Assembly (NCBI GenBank): GCA_038236535.1
Contig: JBBRZQ010000005.1
Coordinates: 1,268 to 65,267, forward strand
Reading direction: 5' to 3'
DNA: 64,000 bases
Source of the DNA: Actinomycetales bacterium
Lineage (GTDB): Bacteria > Actinomycetota > Actinomycetes > Actinomycetales > Dermatophilaceae
In this document: one piece after another, positions 39,094 to 49,292 of the stretch
How the letters are laid out: each line of letters opens with the position of its first letter
Position numbering within the stretch: position 1 is the first letter of the stretch
Notes under the pieces: model-generated
Told to the model about the DNA's origin: nothing
Seen by the model: the letters and a program-made list of their open reading frames with translations, nothing else
Database searches by the model: none
Translations under genes and position numbers: made by a program

Positions 39094-40263
39094 ATGACAG
39101 AGGACCTGATGTCACTCTTCGATACCGTTCTGGCGCCGCTCGAGTGGGTTGTCGCCTGGCTGATGGTCGGCTTCCACACGATCTTTACGGCGATCGGACT
39201 GCCGGCTGCCGCCGGCTTCACCTGGGCCCTGTCCATCGTGGGTCTGGTCATCGTGATCCGGATCGTCCTGATCCCGCTCTTCGTGAAGCAGATCCATGCT
39301 TCCCGGTCGATGCAGCTCATCCAGCCCGAGATGCAGAAGATCCAGAAGAAGTACAAGGGCAAGACCGATCCTGAGTCCCGGCAGGCGATGACCCAGGAGA
39401 CGATGGGTCTGTACAAGCGCACCGGCACCAACCCGTTCTCGTCGTGTCTGCCGATCCTGCTGCAGTCCCCGGTCTTCTTCGCGCTCTTCCGGGTGCTCAA
39501 CAACCTCGCCAAGATCGCTGCCGGCACGGTCGACCCGATTGGCCCGCTGACCCCCGAGGTGGCCGCTCAGGCGAACGCGTCCACGATCTTCGGCGCCGCC
39601 CTGTCAGCCACCTTCCAGAAGACGATCACCATCGTGGGCGGGGTCCCGGTCACCGGACCGTCCGATGCCAACACCAAGATCGTCTGCGTCGTGATGATCG
39701 TGCTCATGTCGGCCTCGCAGTTCACCAGCATGCGTCAGCTGATGATGAAGAACATGCCGGCCAGCGCGCTGGACAACCCGTTCGCCAAGCAGCAGAAGAT
39801 CATGATGTATCTGATGCCGCTGATGTTCGTCTTCTCCGGCGTCACCTTCGCGATCGGCGTGCTGATCTACTGGCTGACCACCAACCTCTGGTCGATGGGT
39901 CAGCAGTTCTACACGATCCGGCGCCTGCCGGCTCCTGGCTCGCCGGCCGAGAAGGCCCTTGAGGAGCGCCGGCTCAAGAGCGGCAAGACACACACGAAGT
40001 TCACCATCCCCGGCCTGAACCACGAGCCGGACGACGAGGTGGTGCAGGACAGCCCCCCTGAGGTCGTCAAGCCGGTATCGGGTCAGCGGCAGCAGCCCAA
40101 GCGCAAGAAGCGGGCCAAGCCCGCGGTCTCCGGCGAGGTCCGGCCCGGGCAGGCCAAGGGGCCCGGCCCGACGTCGAAACCTGGTCCGGGGCAGAAGCCG
40201 GGGTCAGGGCCGAAGCCGAAGTCGGAGAACACGCCGCAGGCCGCTACCGATGGCGGCGCCTGA
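39094..40263 (+). CDS. yidC: membrane protein insertase YidC (short Gram-positive type) with basic C-terminal tail
   Basis: IVLIPLFVKQ..S...MQ.IQPEMQKIQKKYK, NPFSSCLPILLQ.PVFFALF, and a Lys/Pro/Gly-rich tail. The start is uncertain among 39052, 39094 and 39109. Confidence 0.9.
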   Translation: MTEDLMSLFDTVLAPLEWVVAWLMVGFHTIFTAIGLPAAAGFTWALSIVGLVIVIRIVLIPLFVKQIHASRSMQLIQPEMQKIQKKYKGKTDPESRQAMTQETMGLYKRTGTNPFSSCLPILLQSPVFFALFRVLNNLAKIAAGTVDPIGPLTPEVAAQANASTIFGAALSATFQKTITIVGGVPVTGPSDANTKIVCVVMIVLMSASQFTSMRQLMMKNMPASALDNPFAKQQKIMMYLMPLMFVFSGVTFAIGVLIYWLTTNLWSMGQQFYTIRRLPAPGSPAEKALEERRLKSGKTHTKFTIPGLNHEPDDEVVQDSPPEVVKPVSGQRQQPKRKKRAKPAVSGEVRPGQAKGPGPTSKPGPGQKPGSGPKPKSENTPQAATDGGA

Positions 40264-40308
40264 CAGCGGCGCCATCCCGCTGAGTCGCCCGGAGCAGTGG
40301 CTGACCGT

Positions 40309-40722
40309 TCAGGCGGCGCTGTGCTTTTGGTCCGGGTCGGAGCCGAAGCGGGGCAGAAGAACGGCGGCGATGGCCTCGAGGAGCTCATCGAGGCCGGTCC
40401 CTTTGACCACCGCGAGGTCAGCGCCGAGAGCGACAGCCCGTTCCAGGGCGTCGGCGTCGAAGCTGTGGGCGGCGATGACGGCATCGGGGCACAGCTGCCG
40501 GAGGCGCGGCAGCGCGGTCAGGCCATCCATGCCTGGCATCTGCAGGTCGAGAATGATGGCATCGGCGGGGCCTTCCTGGGCGAGCCGGATAGCCTGTGCG
40601 CCGTCGGTCGCGCTGCCTGCCACGCTGAACCGGTCATCGCTCTCGATCGCGAAAGTCAGAAGCTCGAGCAGCATCGCCGTGTCGTCGACGATGAGGACCG
40701 TGAGCACTGGACCTGTTCGCAT
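40309..40722 (-). CDS. single-domain response regulator (receiver only)
   Basis: Uses the inner ATG after GGGAGAAAC. VLIVDD plus ILDLQMPGMDG (phospho-acceptor Asp). No output domain. Confidence 0.8.
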   Translation of the reverse strand: MRTGPVLTVLIVDDTAMLLELLTFAIESDDRFSVAGSATDGAQAIRLAQEGPADAIILDLQMPGMDGLTALPRLRQLCPDAVIAAHSFDADALERAVALGADLAVVKGTGLDELLEAIAAVLLPRFGSDPDQKHSAA

Positions 40723-40988
40723 GTTTCTCCCTGCTCTCCCTGGCGAAGGCCGCCGCCCGCCTGATGAATATGGGGGGATCATATGTCGTCCCGCCAGTGT
40801 CATCAGACTGGCACGGTCTGGGACGTGTCCCCGGAAGCGACACTCCGTACCACTCGTGGGCATCCCGTGCCTGGTGACAAGGTGTGAGCTGCCGGGGGCA
40901 AGGACTGTTGAGATGAACCCCGTGGGGAGTGAGACGTGCCCGCCGGCGGCCCTGGCAGGCTCGGTTGCCTGGCCGCCAGGGTCGCAGG

Positions 40989-41470
40989 TCAGCGGATGCC
41001 GGTCGCGCCCTGGTAGACGAACGGGCTCACGAGCGGCTCGCCCTCCACATACCGCGAGAGGCGGAACTCCGCCGCGACCACGTGGGGGAGCGTGGTGGCG
41101 CCGTCGAGCATGATGTCAGCCATCAGCCGGCCGAGCGCTGGCGCGATCTTGAATCCGTGGCCGGACATCCCGGCCGCGACAAACAGGCCTGCGTAGTCCG
41201 TCGCCGAGACGATCGGGTTGTTGTCGGGTGTGGTGTCGATGACCCGGTGCTGGTCGCGGCGACCCGGGGGGCCTCGATGCCCGGGAACCGGTGCATGGCC
41301 TTTGCTGCGACCTCCTCCACGGCCTCGTTCGTCGCCCGCTTCGGGTAGATGTCGGGGTCGTCGATCGGCGTCATCGCGCGCGCCCCCGAGCTGTTGCCGA
41401 ACAGCATCTCGTGGCCGCGCAGGTGGACGTACTGCTTGGCCACCAGATCGGAGAACGATTCGCCGTCGCA
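40989..41470 (-). pseudogene. FAD-dependent oxidoreductase (DAO family) C-terminal remnant, frameshifted
   Basis: Two frames carry FSDLVAKQYVHLRGHEMLFG..HRFPGI and then VIDTTPDNNPIV...GLFVAAGMSGHGFKIAPALG. The N-terminal FAD-binding half is missing. Confidence 0.65.
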
Positions 41471-41866
41471 CTGATCGCGGGACCACCGGTGATCGCGGCG
41501 GGTCTCGGGGTCGACCTGCAGACGATGATGGGCGTCCTCATCGTCATCGCGGCGGCAGGCTTCCTCACCGCTTACGTGCTGGTCTGCGTAGCCGCGCCGG
41601 TCTTCACCCGGCTCATCGGGGAGCCGCACCCGTGGACCACCGTGCTGAGCTGGTCCGGGGCCGTGCTGACCGCTGCTGCCCTCGGGACGTTCAGCGTCGT
41701 ACAGGTCAGGACGGCACACGGCGCCGCCATCTGGACGTTCGTGCTCCTGCTGGTGCTCGGTCCGGCGTTCGGTTGGCGGCGCCTGTCCCTGAGCCCCGTG
41801 GCGCGCGGGCGGGTCGGCCTGTACGACGAGGCCACGTCCCGGGACGTCCTCGGCGGGGACGCATGA
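41470..41866 (+). pseudogene. C-terminal fragment of an amino acid/polyamine (APC-like) permease
   Basis: Only the last three or so TM helices and the tail are present (MMGVLIVIAAAGFLTAYVLVCVAAPVF...WTFVLLLVLGPAFGW). It abuts the oxidoreductase remnant head to head. Confidence 0.5.
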
Positions 41867-42588
41867 GCTACTCCTTCGCGCATCCGGACGTCGCCGCCCG
41901 GCTGGCCGGGCTATCGGCGCCGGGCGATGGCATCAACGCGCGCCAGCCGGGCGTGATACTGCATGCGCTTCAGATCCTGGAGTGCGTGGCGCGGCACGGC
42001 CCGGGAACGACCGCGAGCGAGATCAGCACCGACCTCAATGTCTCGCGTGCCACGACCTACCGCCTGGTGCGCCTGCTCGCCGACGACGAGTACCTGGTCC
42101 GCATGCCCGACCTCAGGGGATTCGCCCTCGGTCGGCGGGTGGCTGAGCTGATGGAGCCCGTGAAGCTGACGCCACCGCTGTCCCGGGCCGCGCGAGCCGT
42201 GCTCAGCGTGCTGCGCGACCGGGTGCGCGCGGGTGTGCACCTTGTGCACTACGCGGGTGCCGGCATCGTCATCACCGACGAGGACGGTGACATCCCGCTC
42301 ACCGATCCGCACCGCCTGCTGACCGACCCGGGCTCCACCGCCGCGGGGCGCCTTGCCGCGGCCTGGATCGAGGCTGAACGCACGGGGTGCCGGCCGCCCA
42401 CCTACGAGCTCCGGGTCAGACACGTGTCCGCTCACCGCGGGTGTCTTGCGCTGCCGGTGCAGGACGGCGAAGGGCACCTTGTCGCGGCACTCCTGGTGGA
42501 GGCGCCAGCGGTGCGCCTCGAGCATCCCGAGGAGCTGATGTCGATCTTGCTCGGCGCAGTGTCCGAGCTCACGATGCTGCTCACCTGA
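41863..42588 (+). CDS. IclR-like helix-turn-helix transcriptional regulator
   Basis: Uses the inner ATG, with an ATGA overlap with the permease-fragment stop. LQILECVARHGPGTTASEISTDLNVSRATTYRLVRLL is an IclR-type wHTH. Confidence 0.7.
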   Translation: MSYSFAHPDVAARLAGLSAPGDGINARQPGVILHALQILECVARHGPGTTASEISTDLNVSRATTYRLVRLLADDEYLVRMPDLRGFALGRRVAELMEPVKLTPPLSRAARAVLSVLRDRVRAGVHLVHYAGAGIVITDEDGDIPLTDPHRLLTDPGSTAAGRLAAAWIEAERTGCRPPTYELRVRHVSAHRGCLALPVQDGEGHLVAALLVEAPAVRLEHPEELMSILLGAVSELTMLLT

Positions 42589-42770
42589 GCGGTTCACCTG
42601 AGCGGTTCACCTGAGCAGTTCACGGGCCAGGTCGAGGCTGCTCTCGGGCCACGGCCACCGTCGCCAGAATTGCTGAACCACCACGCACGACCTGGTGCCC
42701 GCGAGCCCTGCCTCGCCCGATCTCCCGCCGGATCCCGACTCGGACTGCAGGCAGTCCGAGTGGCTGGGGC

Positions 42771-43814
42771 TCAGCAGACTGCTTTGGCGGCTGCGTCAGC
42801 GATGGCGACGGCCTGGGTAGCGAGCTGGTGGGCTGATGCCCCGTAGCCGGCGACCTTGGTCTTCCATGTCTTCATCGCCGCGTCGGCCCGGTTGAGGAGG
42901 TCCATGACTGACCTCTCAGAGCCGGATGGGGTCAGGCCTTGCTGCTGGTAGGCCGTCTGCATCGCGGCCTGAGCGTTGCGCAGGCTGGCGACCTTCACTG
43001 CCACTGAGTCGATTGCTACCTGTGCCGTGCTCTGGTCTGCGCCGATGGCGCTCTCGTCCCCGCCCACGGAGCTGGCGTCACCCTGGGCGGTGCTGGCATC
43101 GGCGCAGGCGTCCATGGTGGCGATTGCCGCTGCTCCTGCTGATGTGGCCTTCAGAGCGTCGGCCCGCGTGGTCTGAAGGTCGTTCTTGAGAGTCGCCATG
43201 TCTTTGTCGAACCGGCCGAATGACAAACCGTCAGAAAGGCTGCCCCGCAGTGCTACGACCCCGTCCGCGACCTGCTTGTCAGCGGCGGCAAGCGCCGCGG
43301 CCGCAGCCACGCTGTCCGCTTCAGCGGCGGCCGCAGCGGCGGCGCTGGCTGCGTCGGAGGTCGCCCTGGCACGTTTCTGGATGACCTGGCCCTTGAGCGC
43401 TGACACTGCTGCGTTGTAGTCGCTGACGGTGCCACGGGCGAAGGCCGCGGGGGCGATGGCGCCGTCCTTCTGGGGGATGTTCAAGGTGAGCGAGTCCCCG
43501 GACAGGGTTCCTGTCCAGGTCGAGGTGACTCCCGGGAAACCGTTGGTGACGAGGCTGATCCGCCCGTCGTTCAAGGTCCCGGCGAAGGAGGCATCGACGG
43601 TCTGCAGTGGTTCCCCGGTGCTGGCGGGATTCGGCGTGGCGTGCTGCAACGAGCCCGTCAGGTGGCCACCGCCGTCATCGGTCCAGGACACGGTCATTGC
43701 GCCGGACTGATCGTGCCTGAAGAACGTCGAAGGACCCTCTGGGGAATCGCCGCAGCCGGACAGCAACACGATCGCGGTCAGCAGCACCATGAGGGACTCG
43801 ATGACCCTTTTCAC
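42771..43814 (-). CDS. hypothetical lipoprotein with Ala-rich helical region
   Basis: Signal peptide plus lipobox (LLSGC). GTG start. Confidence 0.7.
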   Translation of the reverse strand: MKRVIESLMVLLTAIVLLSGCGDSPEGPSTFFRHDQSGAMTVSWTDDGGGHLTGSLQHATPNPASTGEPLQTVDASFAGTLNDGRISLVTNGFPGVTSTWTGTLSGDSLTLNIPQKDGAIAPAAFARGTVSDYNAAVSALKGQVIQKRARATSDAASAAAAAAAEADSVAAAAALAAADKQVADGVVALRGSLSDGLSFGRFDKDMATLKNDLQTTRADALKATSAGAAAIATMDACADASTAQGDASSVGGDESAIGADQSTAQVAIDSVAVKVASLRNAQAAMQTAYQQQGLTPSGSERSVMDLLNRADAAMKTWKTKVAGYGASAHQLATQAVAIADAAAKAVC

Positions 43815-43947
43815 GGCTGGCGACCACCTGACGTGGAATGACGACGGTCAAACCGACCGATGTTTCAAGGGTAGGTGGCGGTGGTGACCCGAAGGCACCA
43901 AACCCATGAAGGGGGGCATGACTGCGATTGAGGCGGGGACCAAACAC

Positions 43948-43981
43948 CACTGGCCCCAGCCCCGGAGGGCTGAGGCCAGTG
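43948..43981 (-). terminator. stem-loop downstream of tRNA-Lys
   Basis: cactggcc(cc)agccc cgga gggct(ga)ggccagtg. On the minus strand it is followed by TGGTGTTTGG. Confidence 0.55.
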
Positions 43982-43997
43982 CTTTCGTGCTCAGTTG

Positions 43998-44070
<73 letters not shown>

Positions 44071-44270
44071 AACGTTGAGAGAGGCTAGCAGGAGCGGTGG
44101 GGTAGCGCGTAATCCGGCCCCCCTTAAGGCCTTTTGCAGCGCCGTTGCAGTCGGGCCGTTTCGTCCGCCGAGCCGGTGCGGGAGAAGGCCGGCCAAGTAT
44201 CCCAGAAGCCGATTCTCACCTTTTGGACATGTGCTTGCGCACCCTTGAACCTCCGCGTTCTACTGGTTGA

Positions 44271-44771
44271 GTGGTGCAAGCAACTGTCTGCACGAAGGAC
44301 GACGACGAGCTCGCAGGTGCCCTGTATGCGGTGGTCCTGCGGCTGTCCCGCCTGCCTGTGGGCGTGCCGGTCGACAAGGCCGGCCTGGCCGTGCTGCACG
44401 AGACGCGCCGGCTGGGCACCATCCGCCCCTCGGACCTGGCCACGCAGATGCGTCTGGACCTGTCCACGATCAGCCGCCACCTGCGATCGCTCGAGCAGCA
44501 GGGCCTGATCAGGCGGACCGCCGACCCCGACGATGCCCGGGCCCAGCGGATCAGCATCACCAGCAGTGGCGCCGGCGTCCTCAAACGCATGATGGACCAA
44601 CGGGCCGCAACGATCCGGGAGGCGACCGCCCACTGGCCGGAGCGCGACCGGGGCGACCTGCGCCAGCTCCTGCGCCGGCTGGCCGACGATCTGTCCGTGA
44701 TGGCCGAACCCATGGTGCGCACAGCGGACGAGAAACCTGCCCTGGCTGAAGAAATGGCGGAGAAACCGTGA
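44271..44771 (+). CDS. MarR family transcriptional regulator
   Basis: Winged-helix sequence IRPSDLATQMRLDLSTISRHLRSLEQQGLIRRTADPDDAR. 4-nt overlap with the MFS gene. Confidence 0.85.
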   Translation: MVQATVCTKDDDELAGALYAVVLRLSRLPVGVPVDKAGLAVLHETRRLGTIRPSDLATQMRLDLSTISRHLRSLEQQGLIRRTADPDDARAQRISITSSGAGVLKRMMDQRAATIREATAHWPERDRGDLRQLLRRLADDLSVMAEPMVRTADEKPALAEEMAEKP

Positions 44772-46408
44772 CCGATCCCACAATCGACTCCACTACCGAC
44801 CCCACCGTCGGCCCGAACGCCGGCCCCACCACCAAGAACGCCACCGGGGCACCGGCTCAGGTCGGCGGCGTCGTGCCCACCATCTTCACGCACCGTCAGA
44901 TCATGGTCATCCTGTCCGGGCTGATGACCGGCATGCTGCTGGCCGCCCTGGATCAGACGATCGTCTCCACCGCCCTGCCGACCATCGTGGGGGACCTGGG
45001 CGGGCTCCAGCACCTCTCCTGGGTGGTCACGGCCTACCTGCTGGCCTCGACGGCGTCCACGCCGCTGTACGGCAAGATCTCCGACCTCTACGGCCGCAAG
45101 CCGGTCTTCCGTTTCGCCATCATCGTGTTCCTGATCGGCTCGGCCCTGGCCGGGCTGTCGACCCAGATGTGGGAGCTCATCGCCGCCCGCGGCATACAGG
45201 GGCTAGGCGCTGGCGGCCTGATGGCGCTGGCATTCGCGATCATCGGCGATGTGATCCCGCCGAGGGAGCGCGGCCGCTACCAGGGGTACTTCGGCGCGGT
45301 GTTCGCCATCTCGTCGGTGGCCGGGCCGCTGCTCGGCGGATTCTTCGTGGAGCAGCTGTCCTGGCACTGGATCTTCTTCATCAACATCCCGCTGGGCCTG
45401 GTCGCGCTGCTGGTCACCGACCGGGCGCTGCACGGGCTCAAGCACGTCCGCCGCGAGCACACCATCGACTACCTGGGCGCAGTGCTCCTGGTCGTCGGCG
45501 TCAGCAGCCTGCTGCTGGGGATGGTCCGCGGGCGCGAGGTCGGCTGGGGCTCCCCGGAGATCGTCGGCTGGCTGGGCGTCGGTATCGCCGTTTCCGGGAC
45601 CTTCATCTGGTGGGAGTCGCGGGCCGCCGAGCCGATCCTGCCGCTGCGCCTGTTCCGCAACCGGATCTTCTCGGTGTCCAGCGCGATCGGCTTCTCGATC
45701 GGGTTCGCGATGTTCGGGGCGATCGTGTTCCTGCCGGTGTACCTGCAGATCGTCCGGGGCGTCTCGCCGACCCAGTCCGGCCTGGAGCTGCTTCCGCTGA
45801 TGGTCGGGCTGCTGGTCGCCTCGATCGTGTCCGGGCGGCGGATCACCACGACCGGCCGCTACAAGCGGTTCCCGATCGCCGGGACGGCGATCACGGCGGT
45901 GGGACTGACCGCGCTGTCCACCCTTGGCTCCGATACCCCGTACTGGCGGACGTCGCTGTTCATGCTCACCCTCGGCGTGGGCATCGGCCTTGTCATGCAG
46001 GTCATCGTGCTGGCCATGCAAAACTCCGTCGACCCCGTCGACATGGGCGTGGCGACGTCTTCGGCCACCTTCTTCCGGTCGCTGGGTGGCACCTTCGGTA
46101 CGGCGTTGTTCGGGACGATCCTGGCCAACAGGCTCGCCTCCGAGCTGGCCCAGCGGCTCCCCCCGGCCGCGCTGAAGGGGGTCGACCCGTCGAAGCTGAC
46201 CGGCTCTCCGCAGGTGATCGCCGCGCTCCCGCCCGCTATCCGTGAGCCGGTGGTCTCCTCCTTCGTCTCGGCGCTCAGCACCGTGTTCGTGTCGGCAGTG
46301 CCCATCGTCGTGGTCGCAGTCGGGCTGACCTGGTTCCTCAAGGAGATCAGGCTGCGCGAGCGCCACGACCAGGCCGATGAGCCGGTGGAGCCCGCCGGAT
46401 CCATCTGA
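44768..46408 (+). CDS. MFS transporter, DHA2 (EmrB/QacA, 14-TMS) drug efflux family
   Basis: LDQTIVSTALPTI..DLGG, GK.SD..GRK, and a 14-helix length (546 aa). Confidence 0.85.
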   Translation: MTDPTIDSTTDPTVGPNAGPTTKNATGAPAQVGGVVPTIFTHRQIMVILSGLMTGMLLAALDQTIVSTALPTIVGDLGGLQHLSWVVTAYLLASTASTPLYGKISDLYGRKPVFRFAIIVFLIGSALAGLSTQMWELIAARGIQGLGAGGLMALAFAIIGDVIPPRERGRYQGYFGAVFAISSVAGPLLGGFFVEQLSWHWIFFINIPLGLVALLVTDRALHGLKHVRREHTIDYLGAVLLVVGVSSLLLGMVRGREVGWGSPEIVGWLGVGIAVSGTFIWWESRAAEPILPLRLFRNRIFSVSSAIGFSIGFAMFGAIVFLPVYLQIVRGVSPTQSGLELLPLMVGLLVASIVSGRRITTTGRYKRFPIAGTAITAVGLTALSTLGSDTPYWRTSLFMLTLGVGIGLVMQVIVLAMQNSVDPVDMGVATSSATFFRSLGGTFGTALFGTILANRLASELAQRLPPAALKGVDPSKLTGSPQVIAALPPAIREPVVSSFVSALSTVFVSAVPIVVVAVGLTWFLKEIRLRERHDQADEPVEPAGSI

Positions 46409-46860
46409 TCGCCTGGCCGTAGGAGTCGCCCGGGGACCAGGGAAACGGGACCACTACCAGCTCCCGGTCCCGGTCCCGTGGCCGGTCTGGGCCAGACGCC
46501 GCAGCGGGAAGCCCCGCTTCGGGCGAGGCAGCACCACCTCGAACCCCGCGTCTTCCAGCGGCCGTCCGCAGAGCGGGCGGGGGTCGTGCGGTTCGCCATC
46601 TGGGTACAGGCACTGCCAACCTCTCCGGGTGCCCTTGGCGTTCGTCCTGGTCGTGGGCCGAATGGACGAGGAGGTCGTCGTCCGTTGCGACGGACTCCGG
46701 CCAATCAGGGCACGGCCGCTGACCCGCGTTGACATCGTGGAGGGTGCGGTTCGGTGACTGCGTGGTTGTGACTTCCGCGTGTTCTTGTTCGTGAACAACC
46801 TGCCCGGCCGTGGCGGTGGCATCGCGCCATCACCCCCGTGAACTTTGGGCATGGAGCCTC

Positions 46861-48021
46861 ATGACGTTGACCTGGCATGTACCCACCGACCTAGTCTCAC
46901 CTGCCGCTGAGCCTTCACCTGCCGCGGAGCCTCGGCCTGCGGCGGGGCTGCAGGCAAGCCGCCGACCTCGCCTGCTGAGACATCTCGCCGTAGCGCTGGT
47001 GCTCACCGTGGCCGCCGGGGCGACCTCGCTGCTGGCCGCAACGCCGGCCAGTGCGTCCCCGCTGCCGTCGCCGGGAGCCACCGCGTACGGCAACGACATC
47101 TCCTGGCCCCAGTGCCCGGGCAACCAGGGCGGTGACAACCTGCCGGGTCCGATGTCCGGCGCGTCGTTCGCCATCATGGGCCTGACGGACGGCGGCTCGT
47201 TCCGTGCCAATCCCTGTCTGGCCCGCCAGGTCGCGTCGGTCAAGGCCCGCCACCTGTGGGCCGGTGCCTACGCCATCCACACCTACCCGACCAGAGCCCA
47301 GCTGGTCCGGTACGGCGGCAGTGGTTCCGTCGCGACGCGGCTACGCCGGGTTGGTGCCGCGCAGGCCCGCTTCAACATCGCCTCGATGGCCCGGGTCGGC
47401 CTGCGCTCGCGGATGGTCTGGGTGGACATCGAGCCCAGGAAGCTGGCGCCGTGGTCCAGGGCCGCCTACAACAACGCTGTCCTGGACGGCGTCATCGCCG
47501 GCTATGGGGCGGCTCACCTGCGGGTCGGCATCTACTCCTACCTCAGCGCCTGGCAGTCGATCACCGGCGGCCGGGTCCTGAGGGGCATGCCCACCTGGGT
47601 CCCGGTCGGCAACAGCGGCGGAAACGTTGCCCTGGCGAGGTGCGCCGTGGCCAGCTTCTCGGGATCCAGGCCCTGGCTGACCCAGTGGACCGACGGCAAA
47701 CGTGACTACAACCGCACCTGCCCCGGAGTCACCGGAACACCCGCCCACGGCAACCTGCTGACGCGATACCTCAATGTCCGTCTGGCGCTCGGCTCCCGCG
47801 GGGCTGCGGTTGTCGTGCTGCAGCGTCGCCTCGGCGGCCTGCTGGCTGACGGGGACTACGGGGTGCAGACCCGGGCCAAGGTCGTTGCCTTCCAGCGCGC
47901 CCACCACCTGATCCTCAGTGGCAAGGTGGACAGCATCGTATGGCGGGCCCTGGGTGCCGGAACCCAGACGTACACACGGGCGATACCTGGCTTCATGGGT
48001 GTGCTGTTCGCGTCCACCTGA
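46861..48021 (+). CDS. secreted peptidoglycan-binding protein with putative glycoside-hydrolase-like N-domain
   Basis: Tat-like SRRPRLL plus a hydrophobic region ending ASA. C-terminal PG_binding_1 repeat (GSRGAAVVVLQRRLGGLLADGDYGVQTRAKVVAFQ). The N-domain assignment is tentative. The ORF is open from 46810. Confidence 0.65.
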   Translation: MTLTWHVPTDLVSPAAEPSPAAEPRPAAGLQASRRPRLLRHLAVALVLTVAAGATSLLAATPASASPLPSPGATAYGNDISWPQCPGNQGGDNLPGPMSGASFAIMGLTDGGSFRANPCLARQVASVKARHLWAGAYAIHTYPTRAQLVRYGGSGSVATRLRRVGAAQARFNIASMARVGLRSRMVWVDIEPRKLAPWSRAAYNNAVLDGVIAGYGAAHLRVGIYSYLSAWQSITGGRVLRGMPTWVPVGNSGGNVALARCAVASFSGSRPWLTQWTDGKRDYNRTCPGVTGTPAHGNLLTRYLNVRLALGSRGAAVVVLQRRLGGLLADGDYGVQTRAKVVAFQRAHHLILSGKVDSIVWRALGAGTQTYTRAIPGFMGVLFAST

Positions 48022-48037
48022 GCGACTCATCTACTGG

Positions 48038-48532
48038 CTACGGGCGGGCGAACCAGGCCCCGCCTTCGGGGTATGCGCGGAAGGCCAGTGCGCGGGCGAT
48101 GCGTTCGTGGGACGACGTCATCATGGGCTGGGGCAGCGCGTCGGCCTCGAACCAGCCCACGTCGGTCGACTCGTCGTCGGCCACCTGGGGATCGCCAGTG
48201 CCGACGGCCCGGCACAGGAAGGTGAGGTCGAGGTACTGCGCCCGGTCGCCGTTCTCGTAGCGGACCGGCTCGGGGCTGGCGGAGACAGCCGCCAGGCCTT
48301 GCACGGTCACCTCGACACCGGTCTCCTCCAGGACCTCGCGGACGGCGGCAAGCGCGGGCTGCTCGCCCGGCTCCGGGATCCCGCTCACCACTGCCCACAG
48401 GCCGTTGTCGGCGCGCCTCCCGAGCAGGAGCCTGCCGTCCTGATGCAGGACAACGGCGCTGACCCCGGGCATCCACAGCAGGTCATGGCCGATCTGGGAC
48501 CGCAGCGCCAGGACGAAATCAGGGGTCGGCAT
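48038..48532 (-). CDS. NUDIX hydrolase
   Basis: Nudix box GIPEPGEQPALAAVREVLEETGV. The inner ATG (MPTPDF) was chosen. Confidence 0.85.
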   Translation of the reverse strand: MPTPDFVLALRSQIGHDLLWMPGVSAVVLHQDGRLLLGRRADNGLWAVVSGIPEPGEQPALAAVREVLEETGVEVTVQGLAAVSASPEPVRYENGDRAQYLDLTFLCRAVGTGDPQVADDESTDVGWFEADALPQPMMTSSHERIARALAFRAYPEGGAWFARP

Positions 48533-49292
48533 GCGCCGGAGCCTACCCGCCGGTGGCGGGGCAGCCGGCTCGGACAGGTCGCTGACGATGACCGCCAGCG
48601 CGCTCGCCTCGCCGCCACACCCCGCCTCAGCTGTCCCGGTCCCCGCCCCCGCGCCGGCAGTGGTGGCTGCGAAGCCCGCGCCGAGTCCGACACCGCAGCG
48701 GGACCTGCGAGCGGTCGCAGCGACGCCACAAGCGTCCGCCCTGCTCGCCCGCCGGATCAAGATCGTGCTGAACCCAGGCCACAACGGTGGCAACGCGAGT
48801 CACCCGGGCGCCATCCGACGTCAGGTTCCGGCTGGCTTCGGGCAGCGCAAGGACTGCGATACCACCGGCACCGCGACGAACGCCGGGTACGCGGAGCACG
48901 CCTTCACCTGGGATGTCGCGCTGCGGGTTCGCAAGATCCTGCAGTCCCGCGGCATCACGGTGATCCTGACCCGGCCCTCCGACCGCGGGGTGGGGCCTTG
49001 CGTGGATCAGCGCGCCCGGATCGGCAACCAGTCGGGGGTGGCAGGCGTGGTGGCTGTCCACGACGCACTGCGGGCTCACTCCGGGTTGACCACCTCGACG
49101 TACCCTGGCCGCGGAGGCTACTTCCCGCGCTCCGACCTGGCCGGGCTGAACCTGGCGACGGTACCGGCCACCTTTCTGGAGATCGGGAACATGCACAACC
49201 GCGGCGACGCCGCCCTTCAGAGAACCTCAGCCGGCCGGCAGCGGATCGCCGCTGCCGTGGCGGACGGAATTCTGACCTGGCTCGGTCGGTAG
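48531..49292 (+). CDS. N-acetylmuramoyl-L-alanine amidase (Amidase_3-like)
   Basis: Contains LNPGHNGGN, YAEHAFTWDVAL, GRSDLAGLN-like RSDLAGLN, and LEIGNM.N. The start is uncertain; ATG at 48588 is possible. Confidence 0.7.
   Translation: MRRSLPAGGGAAGSDRSLTMTASALASPPHPASAVPVPAPAPAVVAAKPAPSPTPQRDLRAVAATPQASALLARRIKIVLNPGHNGGNASHPGAIRRQVPAGFGQRKDCDTTGTATNAGYAEHAFTWDVALRVRKILQSRGITVILTRPSDRGVGPCVDQRARIGNQSGVAGVVAVHDALRAHSGLTTSTYPGRGGYFPRSDLAGLNLATVPATFLEIGNMHNRGDAALQRTSAGRQRIAAAVADGILTWLGR

Noticed and set aside
46409-46860. Possible c-di-AMP (ydaO-type) riboswitch or small gene in the 450-nt spacer upstream of the peptidoglycan-binding protein gene, including ORFs 46454..46852(-) and 46377..46757(+).
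   Set aside because: A GGGGACCAGGG segment caught my eye, but the conserved ydaO elements (for example the AGCUAACCUCG-type 3' segment and the pseudo-twofold ACGGGG/AAUC pattern) are not present. The ORFs are Arg/Pro/Gly-rich with no RBS or motif. It remains unassigned rather than called.
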